Virus record (IMG/VR): IMGVR_UViG_3300021963_000032
Length of the DNA: 64,000 bases
Source of the DNA: a virus
Taxonomy: Duplodnaviria > Heunggongvirae > Uroviricota > Caudoviricetes
Direction: 5' to 3' (one strand)
Part shown: piece after piece, positions 17,225 through 26,915 of the stretch
Layout: each line of letters opens with the position of its first letter
Numbering within the stretch: position 1 is the first letter of the stretch
The notes under the pieces: model-generated
Seen by the model: only the letters and a program-made list of their open reading frames with translations
What the model was told of the DNA's origin: nothing
The model's database searches: none
Made by a program: the position numbers and the translations under genes

Positions 17225-17620
17225 ATGGAAACAACAATGTTTGCTTTAGGGATTCTTGCGATGATAATGGTGATGTTAATTACTGTTGTTGTTGTTGGTA
17301 TTGTTAAGGTATTTAAGATGAGTAAACAAATCAAAGATTTCTACACATACCTGCATGAGTCAGAAAGATCTACAAGTGATTACATTCGTAGAGTAGAGCA
17401 AAATACTGATATGCAGTTTCGGGATGTTAATAGAGATATCAACATGATCGAACATACGATGATGAATCGAATGGATCACGGATTGATAGCAGTAAATGAT
17501 CAAATTACAGATTCAGTTACTCAAAGTAATTCGTATACAGACAAACGAATCGATAAGCTAATTGATACCTACTTTGAGGTACAAGAAGCAAAACAATCAA
17601 AAAAACTAATTAAAGGATAA
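17225..17620 (+). CDS. hypothetical membrane protein
   Basis: N-terminal TM helix (LGILAMIMVMLITVVVVGIV). Confidence 0.4.
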   Translation: METTMFALGILAMIMVMLITVVVVGIVKVFKMSKQIKDFYTYLHESERSTSDYIRRVEQNTDMQFRDVNRDINMIEHTMMNRMDHGLIAVNDQITDSVTQSNSYTDKRIDKLIDTYFEVQEAKQSKKLIKG

Positions 17621-17664
17621 ATCCGTCAAAGCTTCTACGCTTTCTATTTATATAAAACAATCAT

Positions 17665-19650
17665 ATGAAACATATTAGTACAATTCTATTTGTATTGATC
17701 TTTGCTACAAGCTTTGGTCAGTACTGTCCTGCATTAGGACCAGATCAACTCCTTCCATGTGGGTTAGGAACAACGACGTTAACAGCTGACCTATCTCAGT
17801 GTGGACCTGGAGGACCTTCTCCAAAACAAACCACGGATTACCTAGTTAGTAGTATTCCCTATGTTGCTCAAGCTAACACGGGTACTAACATATTCATGAC
17901 AGATGATTCTCAGCAAGGACCTTTTAATATAGGATTCAACTTTTGCTTCTTCGGATCAACCTATACTCAATTCTATATAGGATCGAATGGTTGGATATCT
18001 TTCTCAGGAGGGCAGCCAACTACATTTACCTCTTCACCAATTCCAACAGCAAACCCTCTAGTACCTAAGAATTGTGTAATGGGGCCATGGCAGGATTGGC
18101 ATCCAGGACTTGGTGGTCAGATTAAATATCAAACAACTGGAGTAGCTCCATGTAGAAAATTAACAGTAAGTTGGATAGGTGTACCTATGTTTAGTTGTAC
18201 GGGAAACCAAGGAACATTCCACATTGTGGTCTATGAGTCAACTAACGCAATCGAAACCTATATTCAAGATAAACCTGCATGTACACAGTGGCAAGGTGGT
18301 ACCGCAGTAGAAGGTATACACAATACAGCTGGTTCAATAGGGATAGCCGTTCCTGGAAGAAACTCCACAGCATGGACTGCAAACAATGATGCTTGGAGGT
18401 GGACTCCAAATGGTCCTCTAGTTAATCCAGTACTGACTTGGTACCAGGTAGGTAATCCAGTAGCTATTGGAACTGGACCATCTATAACAGTCACACCACC
18501 CGCTGCAGGTGCTCAGTATACTTGTCGTTTTGTTTATCCTATTTGTAATGTAGGATGGGCTACTTGTAATGCTTTTGCAGGATTGGGACCAGATACAGTA
18601 TTCGTACAACCTGGACCTCCGTATCCAGTAGTAAGTCCAATTGCAGGTTCAGATACTCTATGTTCGTATTCAACAAATGAGCTATATACAATTATCAATC
18701 AACCTGGAGTAAATTACTTATGGGACGCTGTTGGGACTATTACGTCAGGTCAAGGTGCAGATAGCATTACTATTGATTGGAATGCAATTGCTCCAGGATT
18801 CATTCCTGGTGGGGTTATGGTTACTCCGGAAGCAAATGGTTGTGTAGGTGCACCTGCTTCTTTTGATTTATTTATACTAGATGTTGTTCCAATTATTCAA
18901 CCGATAGGACCATTCTGCGAATATGACGATAGCACTCAGCTAGTTGGTAATCCATTAGGTGGAGCATTCTCAGGAGTAGGAGTTTCTAATACTTACTTCA
19001 ATCCACAAAACGCAGCTGGCGTTGATACAATTACTTATACATACACTCTCAGTGGCTGTACGTTTGATACAACAACTCTTGTTACCGTGTACCCAAAACC
19101 TACCTTAGATTCTATTACTCCTCACAATACATTCTTTGAGATATGTGAGCTAGAAGTGGCCACAATAACATGGGATGCAGATGGTTATCCTGCAAATGGA
19201 TATACGGAGTGGACTTGGTTAGGACAGAATACTCAGCAACCATTATTATCTGTAACAGTACCTTGGGATTCAGCAGGAACATATAATGTGTCTGCAGTCT
19301 ATTGGGCTAATGGTTGTGTGTCGGATCCACAAACTGCTTACATCACAGTAATTCAGTGTCCGGAAACTTTATTCTATATTCCTAATTCATTTACACCAGA
19401 TGGTAACGAATGGAATCAAGTATGGCAACCTATAATTACTAGTGGGATAGATCCATACAACTATCAGGTGTTGGTGTACAATCGTTGGGGAGAAGTTGTA
19501 TTTGAGTCTCACGACATTGAAGTTGGATGGGATGGAACTTATAAAGGTAGGCCATGCATGGAAGGTGTATACTTTTACATAGTAAGCTGTACCGATACTA
19601 AAACAGCTAAGAAGTTTAACCTACAAGGACATATTTCTTTATTAAAATAA
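17665..19650 (+). CDS. Secreted Cys-rich protein with T9SS type-B C-terminal sorting domain (gliding-motility-associated CTD)
   Basis: Signal peptide MKHISTILFVLIFATSFGQ. The C-terminus FYIPNSFTPDGNEWNQVW...YNRWGEVVFES...GWDGTYKG matches the TIGR04131-like CTD motif. Confidence 0.55.
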   Translation: MKHISTILFVLIFATSFGQYCPALGPDQLLPCGLGTTTLTADLSQCGPGGPSPKQTTDYLVSSIPYVAQANTGTNIFMTDDSQQGPFNIGFNFCFFGSTYTQFYIGSNGWISFSGGQPTTFTSSPIPTANPLVPKNCVMGPWQDWHPGLGGQIKYQTTGVAPCRKLTVSWIGVPMFSCTGNQGTFHIVVYESTNAIETYIQDKPACTQWQGGTAVEGIHNTAGSIGIAVPGRNSTAWTANNDAWRWTPNGPLVNPVLTWYQVGNPVAIGTGPSITVTPPAAGAQYTCRFVYPICNVGWATCNAFAGLGPDTVFVQPGPPYPVVSPIAGSDTLCSYSTNELYTIINQPGVNYLWDAVGTITSGQGADSITIDWNAIAPGFIPGGVMVTPEANGCVGAPASFDLFILDVVPIIQPIGPFCEYDDSTQLVGNPLGGAFSGVGVSNTYFNPQNAAGVDTITYTYTLSGCTFDTTTLVTVYPKPTLDSITPHNTFFEICELEVATITWDADGYPANGYTEWTWLGQNTQQPLLSVTVPWDSAGTYNVSAVYWANGCVSDPQTAYITVIQCPETLFYIPNSFTPDGNEWNQVWQPIITSGIDPYNYQVLVYNRWGEVVFESHDIEVGWDGTYKGRPCMEGVYFYIVSCTDTKTAKKFNLQGHISLLK

Positions 19651-19716
19651 TTCTACTTAACTGTTGCAAAATCGGTATTAAGGTAGTATATTTACTACAT
19701 AAAATTAATACTAGTT

Positions 19717-20001
19717 ATGAAACGTAAGAGAAACTTCAAAACAACATTTCTTAGATTACTCAGACGGGTAGGATGGCTTTGTAAGAAACCAACTCCTCCC
19801 ACTCGTCGTTTGCGGATAGCATCAACATCGTGGCCAGATTCACGAATCACACCTATACAAGCAGAGCAGCACAATTGGGTAGAAGCTAAGAAGAGTTACC
19901 GAAAAGATTGTCATTTTGACTCAGTCACATTTACTTGCAAGTGTGGTGTTAAGTCGGTAGAAGAGTTTATGCAAGGATGTAATCAAAGTAAAAACAAATA
20001 A
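19717..20001 (+). CDS. hypothetical basic protein
   Basis: ORF downstream of the promoter motif at 19664. Confidence 0.4.
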   Translation: MKRKRNFKTTFLRLLRRVGWLCKKPTPPTRRLRIASTSWPDSRITPIQAEQHNWVEAKKSYRKDCHFDSVTFTCKCGVKSVEEFMQGCNQSKNK

Positions 20002-20011
20002 AACACAAGTT

Positions 20012-20344
20012 ATGAAAGAGACAATTAACCAGACAACAGTATCGTTTATAAAGAAACATGCTAAGAATGCGTTGAGCATTATTGTAGCGGTATCAATCGC
20101 AACAGCATCATTCAAGTTAGGTGCCAAGTATGGTAACACTGAGAAGAAAGAAGCTGCAGTAGAAAACCCATACGCACATGCATTCTCTCCTGAGGAGATC
20201 TCGATTGCAGTGAACGAAAGTAATGAGTTGATCATGATCGAACGAGCTACTGGAAAGTACATTGTGTATAGTGATAAGATTGGTCAGACAATTTTTGGAA
20301 TGTATGCTAACCGCATTAGTCAAGAGGTGAATGCTGGTAAATAG
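20012..20344 (+). CDS. hypothetical membrane protein
   Basis: TM segment ALSIIVAVSIATA. Confidence 0.35.
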   Translation: MKETINQTTVSFIKKHAKNALSIIVAVSIATASFKLGAKYGNTEKKEAAVENPYAHAFSPEEISIAVNESNELIMIERATGKYIVYSDKIGQTIFGMYANRISQEVNAGK

Positions 20345-20858
20345 TATTAAAATCGGTATTGCAGTGGCATCAGTTGCTGTCGCTGCACTTACCGTTACTA
20401 CTCCGGAAACAGAAACAAAAACAACAAACACACAAGTAAGGATTCCGGATAGTATCGATCAAGGTTCTCCTGCAAGTTTGCAGATGTACAATTACATTAA
20501 AGCATACGCAGATACGTTTGACATTCCATTGCGCTATGCATTTGGTATTGCCAACACTGAGACTGGTTACAATGGACCATTCCACTGGAAGTACAATCCA
20601 GCACAAACATCATGTGCAGGTGCAGTAGGACCAATGCAAGTAATGGTATCAACAGCTAGATGGATTAACAAAGATGGTGTATCAAAAGAGAGGTTACGAA
20701 CTGATATTAGATACAACGTCTACACTTCAATGAAATTATTACACAAGCTATTTATTAAAAACAGAGACTGGAAGCTAGTGTTCGGAGAATACAATACCGG
20801 ACGTCCTTGTGTTAATGGATACGCTCACAAAGTTTACAACTACAAAGCTAAATGGTAA
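20331..20858 (+). CDS. Lytic transglycosylase (SLT domain) with signal/TM N-terminus
   Basis: ANTETGYN...GAVGPMQV resembles the SLT ES...GAxGLMQ motifs. Confidence 0.45.
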   Translation: MLVNSIKIGIAVASVAVAALTVTTPETETKTTNTQVRIPDSIDQGSPASLQMYNYIKAYADTFDIPLRYAFGIANTETGYNGPFHWKYNPAQTSCAGAVGPMQVMVSTARWINKDGVSKERLRTDIRYNVYTSMKLLHKLFIKNRDWKLVFGEYNTGRPCVNGYAHKVYNYKAKW

Positions 20859-21205
20859 TGAAAGAAGAATTAGGATTCGAAGATAGCATAAGCCCAGATG
20901 TCTATGATGGTACAGAAGATTTGGATCGAATGAGAGACCAAGCTGTAAATTGGTTAGGTCACGGTAATCGAATTAGAACAATCGCAGCTCTTCAAGATAG
21001 AAATGCTCTTTTAGAATATGAAGGAGATGAAGACGAAAAGGTGATGCAATGGATCGGTGAGAATTTAGATCTGGACTGTCCCAATCAATATATGATTTCA
21101 GATCTAGCAGAGATTGTTGATAGTTGGGGACTAAAGAAAACCACAGCAAAAGAAGCAAGACACGCAATTTTAACAGTACTTGTGGAGTACATTGGAGGTT
21201 GCTAA
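20852..21205 (+). CDS. hypothetical protein
   Basis: ORF. Confidence 0.35.
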   Translation: MVMKEELGFEDSISPDVYDGTEDLDRMRDQAVNWLGHGNRIRTIAALQDRNALLEYEGDEDEKVMQWIGENLDLDCPNQYMISDLAEIVDSWGLKKTTAKEARHAILTVLVEYIGGC

Positions 21206-21220
21206 CTATTTATTAATAAG

Positions 21221-22456
21221 ATGATAAAACTAAAGAACATACTAAACGAAGTACTCGAAGAAGGAGTATATGATCCAGGAATCCTAAAATGCGTATTCCT
21301 AGCAGGTGGGCCTGGATCAGGTAAAACAACAGCAGCAAATCAATTACTTGGAGTAAGCTTTGATAGCTTTTCTGAGGCTGGACTAAAACCAGTTAATAGT
21401 GACAAATTCTTTGAGTTCATCTTAAAGTCTCGTAACCTACCAACTGACCTAGCATCTCTTTCTCCTGAGGACTTTGAGAAGATTACTGTAGGTGCAGACT
21501 CTCCTAGAGAGAAAGCAAAGGGAATGTTGAAGACATCTTATACATACTACGTTGGTGGTCGTTTAGGTCTTATCATTGATGGTACTGGAGATGATCCAAA
21601 CAAAACAAGACAACAAGCAGAGGAATTGCAGAAAGTGTTTGGCTACGATGTAGCTATGGTGTTTGTTAACACATCACTAGAAAAAGCGATTGATAGAAAT
21701 AACAATCGAGAAAGAAAGCTACCTGCTGATCTTGTAACTAAGATCTGGAATGAAGCACAGAAAGCAAAGGAAGTACATAAGCGCTTCTTTGGTAACAACT
21801 TCTACGAAGTACTTAACGAGAAGGATAGTGCACCAGGACAGCCATTAGATATCAACCCACAAGTACAAAAGTTAGTACGTTCGTTCATACAAAAGCCAGT
21901 TCAGAACCCAGTAGGTAAAGAGTGGATCAAGAAAGCACTTGCTGCAAAGTCTTCTATGAGTGAAGCAGAAAATCCTCAGTATGAGATATTCTGTGATATG
22001 GATGGAGTGCTTTGTGATTTTGTTAAGCAGTGGAAGAAATACTTCAAAGGAGAAGCTCCTGACGATATGAGACATCGAATTGGTAAACCAGAGTTTGATG
22101 AGTACCTAGATTCTATGGACAGAAAGTTTTGGAATACTATGGAGTGGATGCCAGGAATGCAAAGAGTGTGGAATGTTATTAGCAACTATGGTGCAGGTGC
22201 TAAAATACTTAGTGCCCCTGCCGAGAACCCAGACTCACCTGCAGGTAAGTTGGATTGGGTAAAGAAGAATCTTTCAAATCCAGAAGTGATCTTCCGCAAG
22301 TCAACACAAAAGCAAGAGTTCTCAGGACCTAACAAGATCCTTATTGATGACCTCAAAAGAAATATTGATCAGTGGAGAGCTAGAGGAGGAATTGGAATAC
22401 ACCACATCAGCGTGGAGAAGACACTAAAAGAACTAAGTGATTTAGGAATAAAATAA
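21221..22456 (+). CDS. Fusion of a P-loop (d)NMP kinase-like domain and a HAD 5'(3')-deoxyribonucleotidase-like domain
   Basis: N-terminal FLAGGPGSGKTT Walker A. C-terminal FCDMDGVLCDF HAD motif I (compare DMDGVLADF of NT5C-type enzymes). Confidence 0.5.
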   Translation: MIKLKNILNEVLEEGVYDPGILKCVFLAGGPGSGKTTAANQLLGVSFDSFSEAGLKPVNSDKFFEFILKSRNLPTDLASLSPEDFEKITVGADSPREKAKGMLKTSYTYYVGGRLGLIIDGTGDDPNKTRQQAEELQKVFGYDVAMVFVNTSLEKAIDRNNNRERKLPADLVTKIWNEAQKAKEVHKRFFGNNFYEVLNEKDSAPGQPLDINPQVQKLVRSFIQKPVQNPVGKEWIKKALAAKSSMSEAENPQYEIFCDMDGVLCDFVKQWKKYFKGEAPDDMRHRIGKPEFDEYLDSMDRKFWNTMEWMPGMQRVWNVISNYGAGAKILSAPAENPDSPAGKLDWVKKNLSNPEVIFRKSTQKQEFSGPNKILIDDLKRNIDQWRARGGIGIHHISVEKTLKELSDLGIK

Positions 22457-22483
22457 ACCAACGAAAGTTGGTTTTTTTGTTTT
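22457..22483 (+). terminator. Rho-independent terminator
   Basis: CCAACgaaaGTTGG followed by TTTTTTTGTTTT. Confidence 0.55.
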
Positions 22484-22604
22484 AATTAGGTATATTAATA
22501 GAAATAAGTATGGGACCATTAGAAGGACAATTACATTTATTAGCAATCACCGTTACGGTAGTATGTATAGTGGTTCATTTAATTTTTGCAAACAAAAACA
22601 AGGA

Positions 22605-23003
22605 ATGAAGATAGGAGTTATAGCAGGAAACTTTGACGTTATCCACCCAGGTTATATCTATATGTTTGATGAGTGTAAGCAGAACTGCGACCACCTCGTA
22701 GTACTATTGCATACGGATCCTACCATCGAACGTCCCGAAAAGCTCAAGCCAATTTTAACAGTTGAAGAGAGACGTAAAATCTTATTTGCTTTAGATATTC
22801 CTACAGTCATATCTTATGATACGGAAAAGGAGTTGTATTGGATGCTCCACGATGGAGACTATGATGTGCGTTTTCTAGGGGACGATTACATGGGTAAGTC
22901 CTTTACTGGAGATGACCTTAGTATTCCAATTCACTATCTCAACAGAGATCACGGTTGGTCAACAACAAAGTACAAACGATTAATAGCAGATTCACTATGT
23001 TAA
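22605..23003 (+). CDS. Cytidylyltransferase-like nucleotidyltransferase (NMNAT / glycerol-3-P cytidylyltransferase family)
   Basis: GVIAGNFDVIHPGYIYMF matches the (T/H)xGH nucleotidyltransferase signature. Confidence 0.45.
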   Translation: MKIGVIAGNFDVIHPGYIYMFDECKQNCDHLVVLLHTDPTIERPEKLKPILTVEERRKILFALDIPTVISYDTEKELYWMLHDGDYDVRFLGDDYMGKSFTGDDLSIPIHYLNRDHGWSTTKYKRLIADSLC

Positions 23004-23105
23004 GAAAAATTAACAAATGGTTTGAAATCAATTTTGGTTGGTTTTTTATAAGCGGAAGAAAGAGAGCTCACTGGGCTGATTATTTAAGAAAAAAGTATAA
23101 GGTAT

Positions 23106-23255
23106 GAATGATAAAGAAATGATCAAAGTTCAAGAGGAACTAATTAACGTACTCTACTCACAAGTGGTAGACTTATCGATGATGTCTAAGATTGAATTAG
23201 GCGACGATGTAATTGCAGAAATTCAGCGATTAAGAAACCTAATGTCTGAGTATTA
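23106..23255 (+). CDS. small hypothetical protein (49 aa)
   Basis: ORF below the track cutoff that fills the gap before thyA. Confidence 0.25.
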
Positions 23256-23256
23256 A

Positions 23257-24540
23257 ATGAATAATCTCGATAAACAGTACACCACACTACTCCAAGACAT
23301 ATTGGACAATGGAGTAACCAAACAAGATCGCACTGGTACTGGAACAGTATCTGTATTTGGTAGACAAATTAGACATAAGATGTCAGAAGGGTTTCCTTTA
23401 CTTACAACTAAGAAGATGCCATTTAAACTTATAGCAACAGAGCTGATGTGGTTCCTTCGTGGTGATACAAACATTAAATTTCTAGTAGACAACAACTGTC
23501 ATATTTGGGATGGCGATGCTTATAAAGCGTATGAACAATGGTATGAACATATGAGTAAAACCACACCATTTACTGTACCTAAAAGGTTTACACAAGATGA
23601 GTTGATTAAGGCAATTAGTCTTGATGAGTATCATGCTAAGCATTTTGGCGAGTTAGGTCCAATTTATGGTAAGCAATGGAGAAAGTGGTCATATGAAGCT
23701 GGTGAAGTTAATAAAGGTGGTATAGACCAAATCGCAAACCTAATCAACGACCTTAAAACAAACCCAGACTCTAGGCGTTTAATGGTTAATGCTTGGAATG
23801 TTGGTGAATTGGATTCAATGGTTCTCCCACCTTGTCATTATGGATTTCAAGTTTATACAAGGGAGTTGAGTTTAGATGAAAGAGGCGAATTATTTAGAAA
23901 AACTTACCCAGATAAATCAGTTAGTGATTTCGCTCCACAAGGAATGGAAGTACAATCACTAAGCCACCAACTATATACAAGATATAATAATGCAAATATT
24001 CCAACCAGAGCAATCTCTTTAATGTGGAATCAGCGTTCAGTAGATACATTCTTAGGTTTACCATTCAACATTGCATCTTATGGATTGTTATTGGAAATAA
24101 TTGCTAAAGCAGTTAATATGGTTCCAGATGAATTGATCGGTAACTTGGGTGATACACATTTGTATTTGGATCATATTGAACAAGCAAAGGAACAGATTGG
24201 CAAAAAACTAGATCTAGATGAACGACAAGCAATGGTCACCCAAGAAATGTTTAATCAAATATATAATGCTGGAGACAGTAGCACATTAACACATTCTGAA
24301 ATTGATCAATGGGACATTCCAAGAATCAAAACCAGAGAACCCTATCCACTACCAACTTTAAATATCAATACAGAATTTTGGCCAACAGAATCTGGAGAGT
24401 GTGGTGTAGGTCCTATTGATGCGACAGCAGTATTTGCAGGGTTCGCTAACGATCATTTCTGCAAGTGTCTGTTGGAAGAAGACTTGCAACTAGGCAACTA
24501 TAAATCACACCCACACATTAAAGCACCTTTATCAAATTAA
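23257..24540 (+). CDS. thyA: Thymidylate synthase family (ThyA / pyrimidine hydroxymethylase-like), enlarged to 427 aa
   Basis: DRTGTGTVSVFG, FPLLTTKKMPFK, ELMWFLRGDTN and the catalytic VLPPCHYGFQVY motif. Large insertions make it longer than canonical 264-316 aa ThyA. Confidence 0.65.
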   Translation: MNNLDKQYTTLLQDILDNGVTKQDRTGTGTVSVFGRQIRHKMSEGFPLLTTKKMPFKLIATELMWFLRGDTNIKFLVDNNCHIWDGDAYKAYEQWYEHMSKTTPFTVPKRFTQDELIKAISLDEYHAKHFGELGPIYGKQWRKWSYEAGEVNKGGIDQIANLINDLKTNPDSRRLMVNAWNVGELDSMVLPPCHYGFQVYTRELSLDERGELFRKTYPDKSVSDFAPQGMEVQSLSHQLYTRYNNANIPTRAISLMWNQRSVDTFLGLPFNIASYGLLLEIIAKAVNMVPDELIGNLGDTHLYLDHIEQAKEQIGKKLDLDERQAMVTQEMFNQIYNAGDSSTLTHSEIDQWDIPRIKTREPYPLPTLNINTEFWPTESGECGVGPIDATAVFAGFANDHFCKCLLEEDLQLGNYKSHPHIKAPLSN

Positions 24541-24966
24541 ATGGAACTACTTAACTCCCACCCAATCAAGAAGTCTGACCTAGGCTTTCATGGTAATCTC
24601 TTTGGAGGAAAGCTCCTAGCATGGATTGATGCATCAGCTGCAGGATATGCAATGCAGCTATGTGATACACCAAGAATGGTTACGGTATCAATTGATCAGT
24701 GTAACTTTGAGAAGCCAGCCCGAGAAGGTCAGCTACTGAAAATATATGGAAAGCCTGCCTCAGTAGGTAATAGCTCTGTCTCTTTGTATATGGAAGCAAG
24801 AGCACACAACGTATATACTGGGAAGCAGATTATCGTATTAAAGACCCATATCAAGTTCGTACACATAGACGAAGGTGGGTATCCAATTCCAGTAGGAGAG
24901 AAAGGTAGAAGTAGAATTACTAGAATAATAGAAAGTAGTAGCAAAATCGAAACAAAATTACTATAG
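24541..24966 (+). CDS. Hotdog-fold acyl-CoA thioesterase-like protein
   Basis: GNLFGGKLLAWIDASAAGYAM resembles the YciA/4HBT thioesterase signature. Confidence 0.45.
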   Translation: MELLNSHPIKKSDLGFHGNLFGGKLLAWIDASAAGYAMQLCDTPRMVTVSIDQCNFEKPAREGQLLKIYGKPASVGNSSVSLYMEARAHNVYTGKQIIVLKTHIKFVHIDEGGYPIPVGEKGRSRITRIIESSSKIETKLL

Positions 24967-25112
24967 TTAGGCATGAGTATCGGAGAACAAACACTAAGCA
25001 CAATGATGCCTTTGTTACAAGATGTAGCAACAAAGCATGGGTTGAGATTATACATCGCACGTGAGTTTAAGATGGCTCGATTTCTACTAGCAAATGTTTA
25101 CTTAAATTTTAT

Positions 25113-25826
25113 ATGATAGTTACTTTAATTTCAGACACGCACACAAAGCATAACCAAATCACAAAGGATCTTCCTGGTGGTGATTTATTAATCCATGCCG
25201 GTGACTTTATGTCCTCAGGTTACAGCCCTTATGAAGCAGAAGAGTTCTTTAAGTGGTTTGATAAAATTAACAACTATGACACAAAAGTGTTCATTGCAGG
25301 TAACCACGATCGATTAATGGAGAGTGATCCTGAATGGGCTAGTGGTATTCTAACCGGATACAAGACTATAGAATACCTACAAGACGATTGGTTGGGGATA
25401 TATAACGATGGTCCTAATGGTGATCTACCGGAAGAGAATGTACGCATCTACGGTTCACCATGGCAACCTGAGTTCTACGATTGGGCTTTTAATTTACCAA
25501 GACATAGTGAAGAGATGAAAGCACGTTGGGATGCAATTCCTGATTTTACAGATATCCTAATAACACACGGACCTCCATTCGGTCACTTAGATATTCCAGG
25601 TGGAGGAAGACCTATACGAGTTGGATGTGAAATGCTACGTGCACGAGTTGATGTAGTTAGACCAAAGATTCATGTGTTTGGACATATCCATGGAAGTCAC
25701 GGTTACTACTACGATGGGCACACTCACTTCTTCAATGCTTCTGCACTGAATGAGAGGTATGAGTATCGCAATCTACCATTCACATTTGATTGGAATCATT
25801 TAACTAATGAAATTAAATGGTTGTAG
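25113..25826 (+). CDS. Calcineurin-like metallophosphoesterase
   Basis: DTH...GDF...GNHD...HGP...GHIHG motif series. Confidence 0.55.
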   Translation: MIVTLISDTHTKHNQITKDLPGGDLLIHAGDFMSSGYSPYEAEEFFKWFDKINNYDTKVFIAGNHDRLMESDPEWASGILTGYKTIEYLQDDWLGIYNDGPNGDLPEENVRIYGSPWQPEFYDWAFNLPRHSEEMKARWDAIPDFTDILITHGPPFGHLDIPGGGRPIRVGCEMLRARVDVVRPKIHVFGHIHGSHGYYYDGHTHFFNASALNERYEYRNLPFTFDWNHLTNEIKWL

Positions 25827-25854
25827 TTCGGATATAAAGTCGTATCTTTAGATC

Positions 25855-26145
25855 ATGAGAAAAGTAACACAACGCAAAGCAATCGAAGGGGATCTTGAAG
25901 ATTACATTGGAGGTATTGTCTCTACAAACTTAACAGCTACATGCAGAGCTAAGCTTGTTGCAGTTAGTACTGAGTTATGTTTGTTTGAGACTTCACCTAC
26001 TCCATATGACGTACTAAGAGTTAAAGGTTACGACTGTGTTGTTGGTGAGATATTCACACTATCAACTCGCGATGTACGTTTTATGTACTTCCCACCAGAT
26101 GAAAACAAATTTAATAAAGATGGAAAGATATTGCAAGAGTTGTGA
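25855..26145 (+). CDS. hypothetical protein
   Basis: ORF. Confidence 0.35.
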   Translation: MRKVTQRKAIEGDLEDYIGGIVSTNLTATCRAKLVAVSTELCLFETSPTPYDVLRVKGYDCVVGEIFTLSTRDVRFMYFPPDENKFNKDGKILQEL

Positions 26146-26518
26146 GAAACAAACCTCACACAGACAGAAAGGACTAAGATCACCAGTTGATGTATGCAAC
26201 GACTGTGATACTATTAACTCAACATACACTCTAATAAAGAGTAATGGAGAGATGCATAGAGCTAATCAAGTAAAGTTTGTAGAGTGGGCTGGTGAGGAGT
26301 TAGGAAGTCGTGGTAAAAAGCTACATGAGTTTCCTAAGGTAGGGTTTAGTGCTCTACTGGATCCTCAGTATGGTCCTAGCTTCACTTGGCTGACTACACC
26401 TATCATTGAGATTGTAGAGATCAAAGAGGAGTACTTCAAGTTCAAAACACAGAACAGTAGCTACGAACTATTTGGTCCTATGGAGATGTACGACGAAGCT
26501 AATGGTAATCCGGTATGA
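26120..26518 (+). CDS. hypothetical zinc-ribbon protein
   Basis: CKSCEK...CNDCD. An internal ATG is chosen as the start. Confidence 0.35.
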   Translation: MERYCKSCEKQTSHRQKGLRSPVDVCNDCDTINSTYTLIKSNGEMHRANQVKFVEWAGEELGSRGKKLHEFPKVGFSALLDPQYGPSFTWLTTPIIEIVEIKEEYFKFKTQNSSYELFGPMEMYDEANGNPV

Positions 26519-26868
26519 AGATAAACTACGCAGCACTCGGATTGGGAATGTTATTTGGCTTTCTAGCTCAAATATGTGTATTCTTCCAACTACAAGGACC
26601 AATGAAGTATGAGTGGTTTAAGAATAATTACTGGTTGACAGTGATGATGGGCATTCCTATCTCAATGCTATTTATGGAATCAGTAAAGTATATGGTAGCT
26701 GCTTATGATGGTCAAATGTGGCCTTCCCGACTAATTGGATTCAGTATCGGTGCAGTTGTATTTACTTGGCTTAGTTGGTTACTATTCAAAGAACCACTCA
26801 CATTAAAAACCATAGTCAGTTTACTATTCGCAGCAGGAATACTAGGTGTTCAGATTTTTTGGAAATAA
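26515..26868 (+). CDS. hypothetical integral membrane protein
   Basis: Three or four TM helices. Confidence 0.4.
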   Translation: MKINYAALGLGMLFGFLAQICVFFQLQGPMKYEWFKNNYWLTVMMGIPISMLFMESVKYMVAAYDGQMWPSRLIGFSIGAVVFTWLSWLLFKEPLTLKTIVSLLFAAGILGVQIFWK

Positions 26869-26880
26869 TTTAACAAGCTG

Positions 26881-26912
26881 TTGCAAAATCGTTTCATTGG
26901 TAGTATCTTTAC
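26881..26912 (+). promoter_or_regulatory. Conserved phage promoter (TTGCAAAATCG...TAGTATCTTTAC)
   Basis: Motif ends 4 nt upstream of the ATG at 26916. Confidence 0.55.
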
Positions 26913-26915
26913 TGT

